A DNA stretch of 62,890 nucleotides, the filler included, from Chiloscyllium plagiosum (Eukaryota), in the NCBI RefSeq assembly GCF_004010195.1. It is 4 parts of one record of this genome, joined end to end, with 100 filler letters (N's around TTAATTAATTAA, not from the genome) between each part and the next. Parts side by side here need not be neighbours in the genome. Positions count along the whole stretch, not along the records: positions 54,722 to 62,890 come from NC_057717.1; 3 more parts are not named here. One strand, 5' to 3'. Of this stretch, positions 62,577 to 62,890 are shown piece after piece. Position 1 is the stretch's first letter; every line of letters starts with the position of its first letter. A program made the translations under genes and the position numbers. The notes beneath the pieces were generated by a model. It was not told the origin of the DNA. It worked only from the letters and a program-made list of their open reading frames with translations, and did not search any database.

Positions 62577-62890
62577 TCAGTTGGATTTAATCATCCATTG
62601 AATTAGTTTGCTGCCGGGATATTTCACGACATACTTTAACTGGGCTCTGAACTTTTTCTGTGTCACCACATAGATAAATGCATTTGTGCAGCAACTGAGG
62701 TTCCGCAGCATATATGCGACTTGTTCAAAGAGATAAAATGCAGCAGAATTTAAGGAATAACCGGCTTGAAATATATATAGAATATACACCAACCAGAGAA
62801 GTATGAAGCTGGCGGATATGGTAAAGAGTAAAGCCACGGAATTCCGTCGGCTCTCTATCTCCGAGTCATTCTCTGTCTTCCTCTGTCCCC
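62577..62890 (-). CDS. GPR139/GPR142-like class A GPCR, 3' end (ICL3, TM6, TM7, helix 8), 5' part outside window
   Basis: Open frame GQRKTENDSEIESRRNSVALLFTISASFILLWLVY...YMLRNLSCCTNAFIYVVTQKKFRAQLK...KSN-stop. Confidence 0.92.
   Translation of the reverse strand, partial: GQRKTENDSEIESRRNSVALLFTISASFILLWLVYILYIFQAGYSLNSAAFYLFEQVAYMLRNLSCCTNAFIYVVTQKKFRAQLKYVVKYPGSKLIQWMIKSN

Overview
Repeat-dense eukaryotic genomic DNA, most likely a cartilaginous fish (inferred from HE1/V-SINE-like SINEs, shark-type CR1 LINEs and GPR139-like receptors). It is not one contiguous molecule: there are three 100-bp artificial linkers (44N-TTAATTAATTAA-44N), two 500-N gaps and one 142-N gap. The only host-gene signal is three pieces of GPR139/GPR142-like class A GPCR genes. 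These are a frameshifted exon 1 with a 42-bp N-terminal repeat (~20.0-20.35 kb, +), the 5' part of a long exon 2 (47.45-47.83 kb, -) and a 3' end (62.58-62.89 kb, -). The rest is layered mobile DNA: CR1 LINEs of several ages (two near full length), a Penelope-like element with RT and GIY-YIG domains, many short Penelope terminal fragments with minimal hammerhead ribozyme motifs, tRNA-derived SINEs, decayed Harbinger-type Myb/SANT ORFs, a 33-bp minisatellite and a diverged ~4 kb tandem segmental duplication. I found no clearly new biological system. The best leads are the repeat-bearing GPCR family, intact hammerheads in miniature Penelope insertions, a 166-bp inverted templated insertion, and CR1 copies that look locally duplicated or converted. 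Boundaries of old repeats are approximate and family names come from recall, not database searches.
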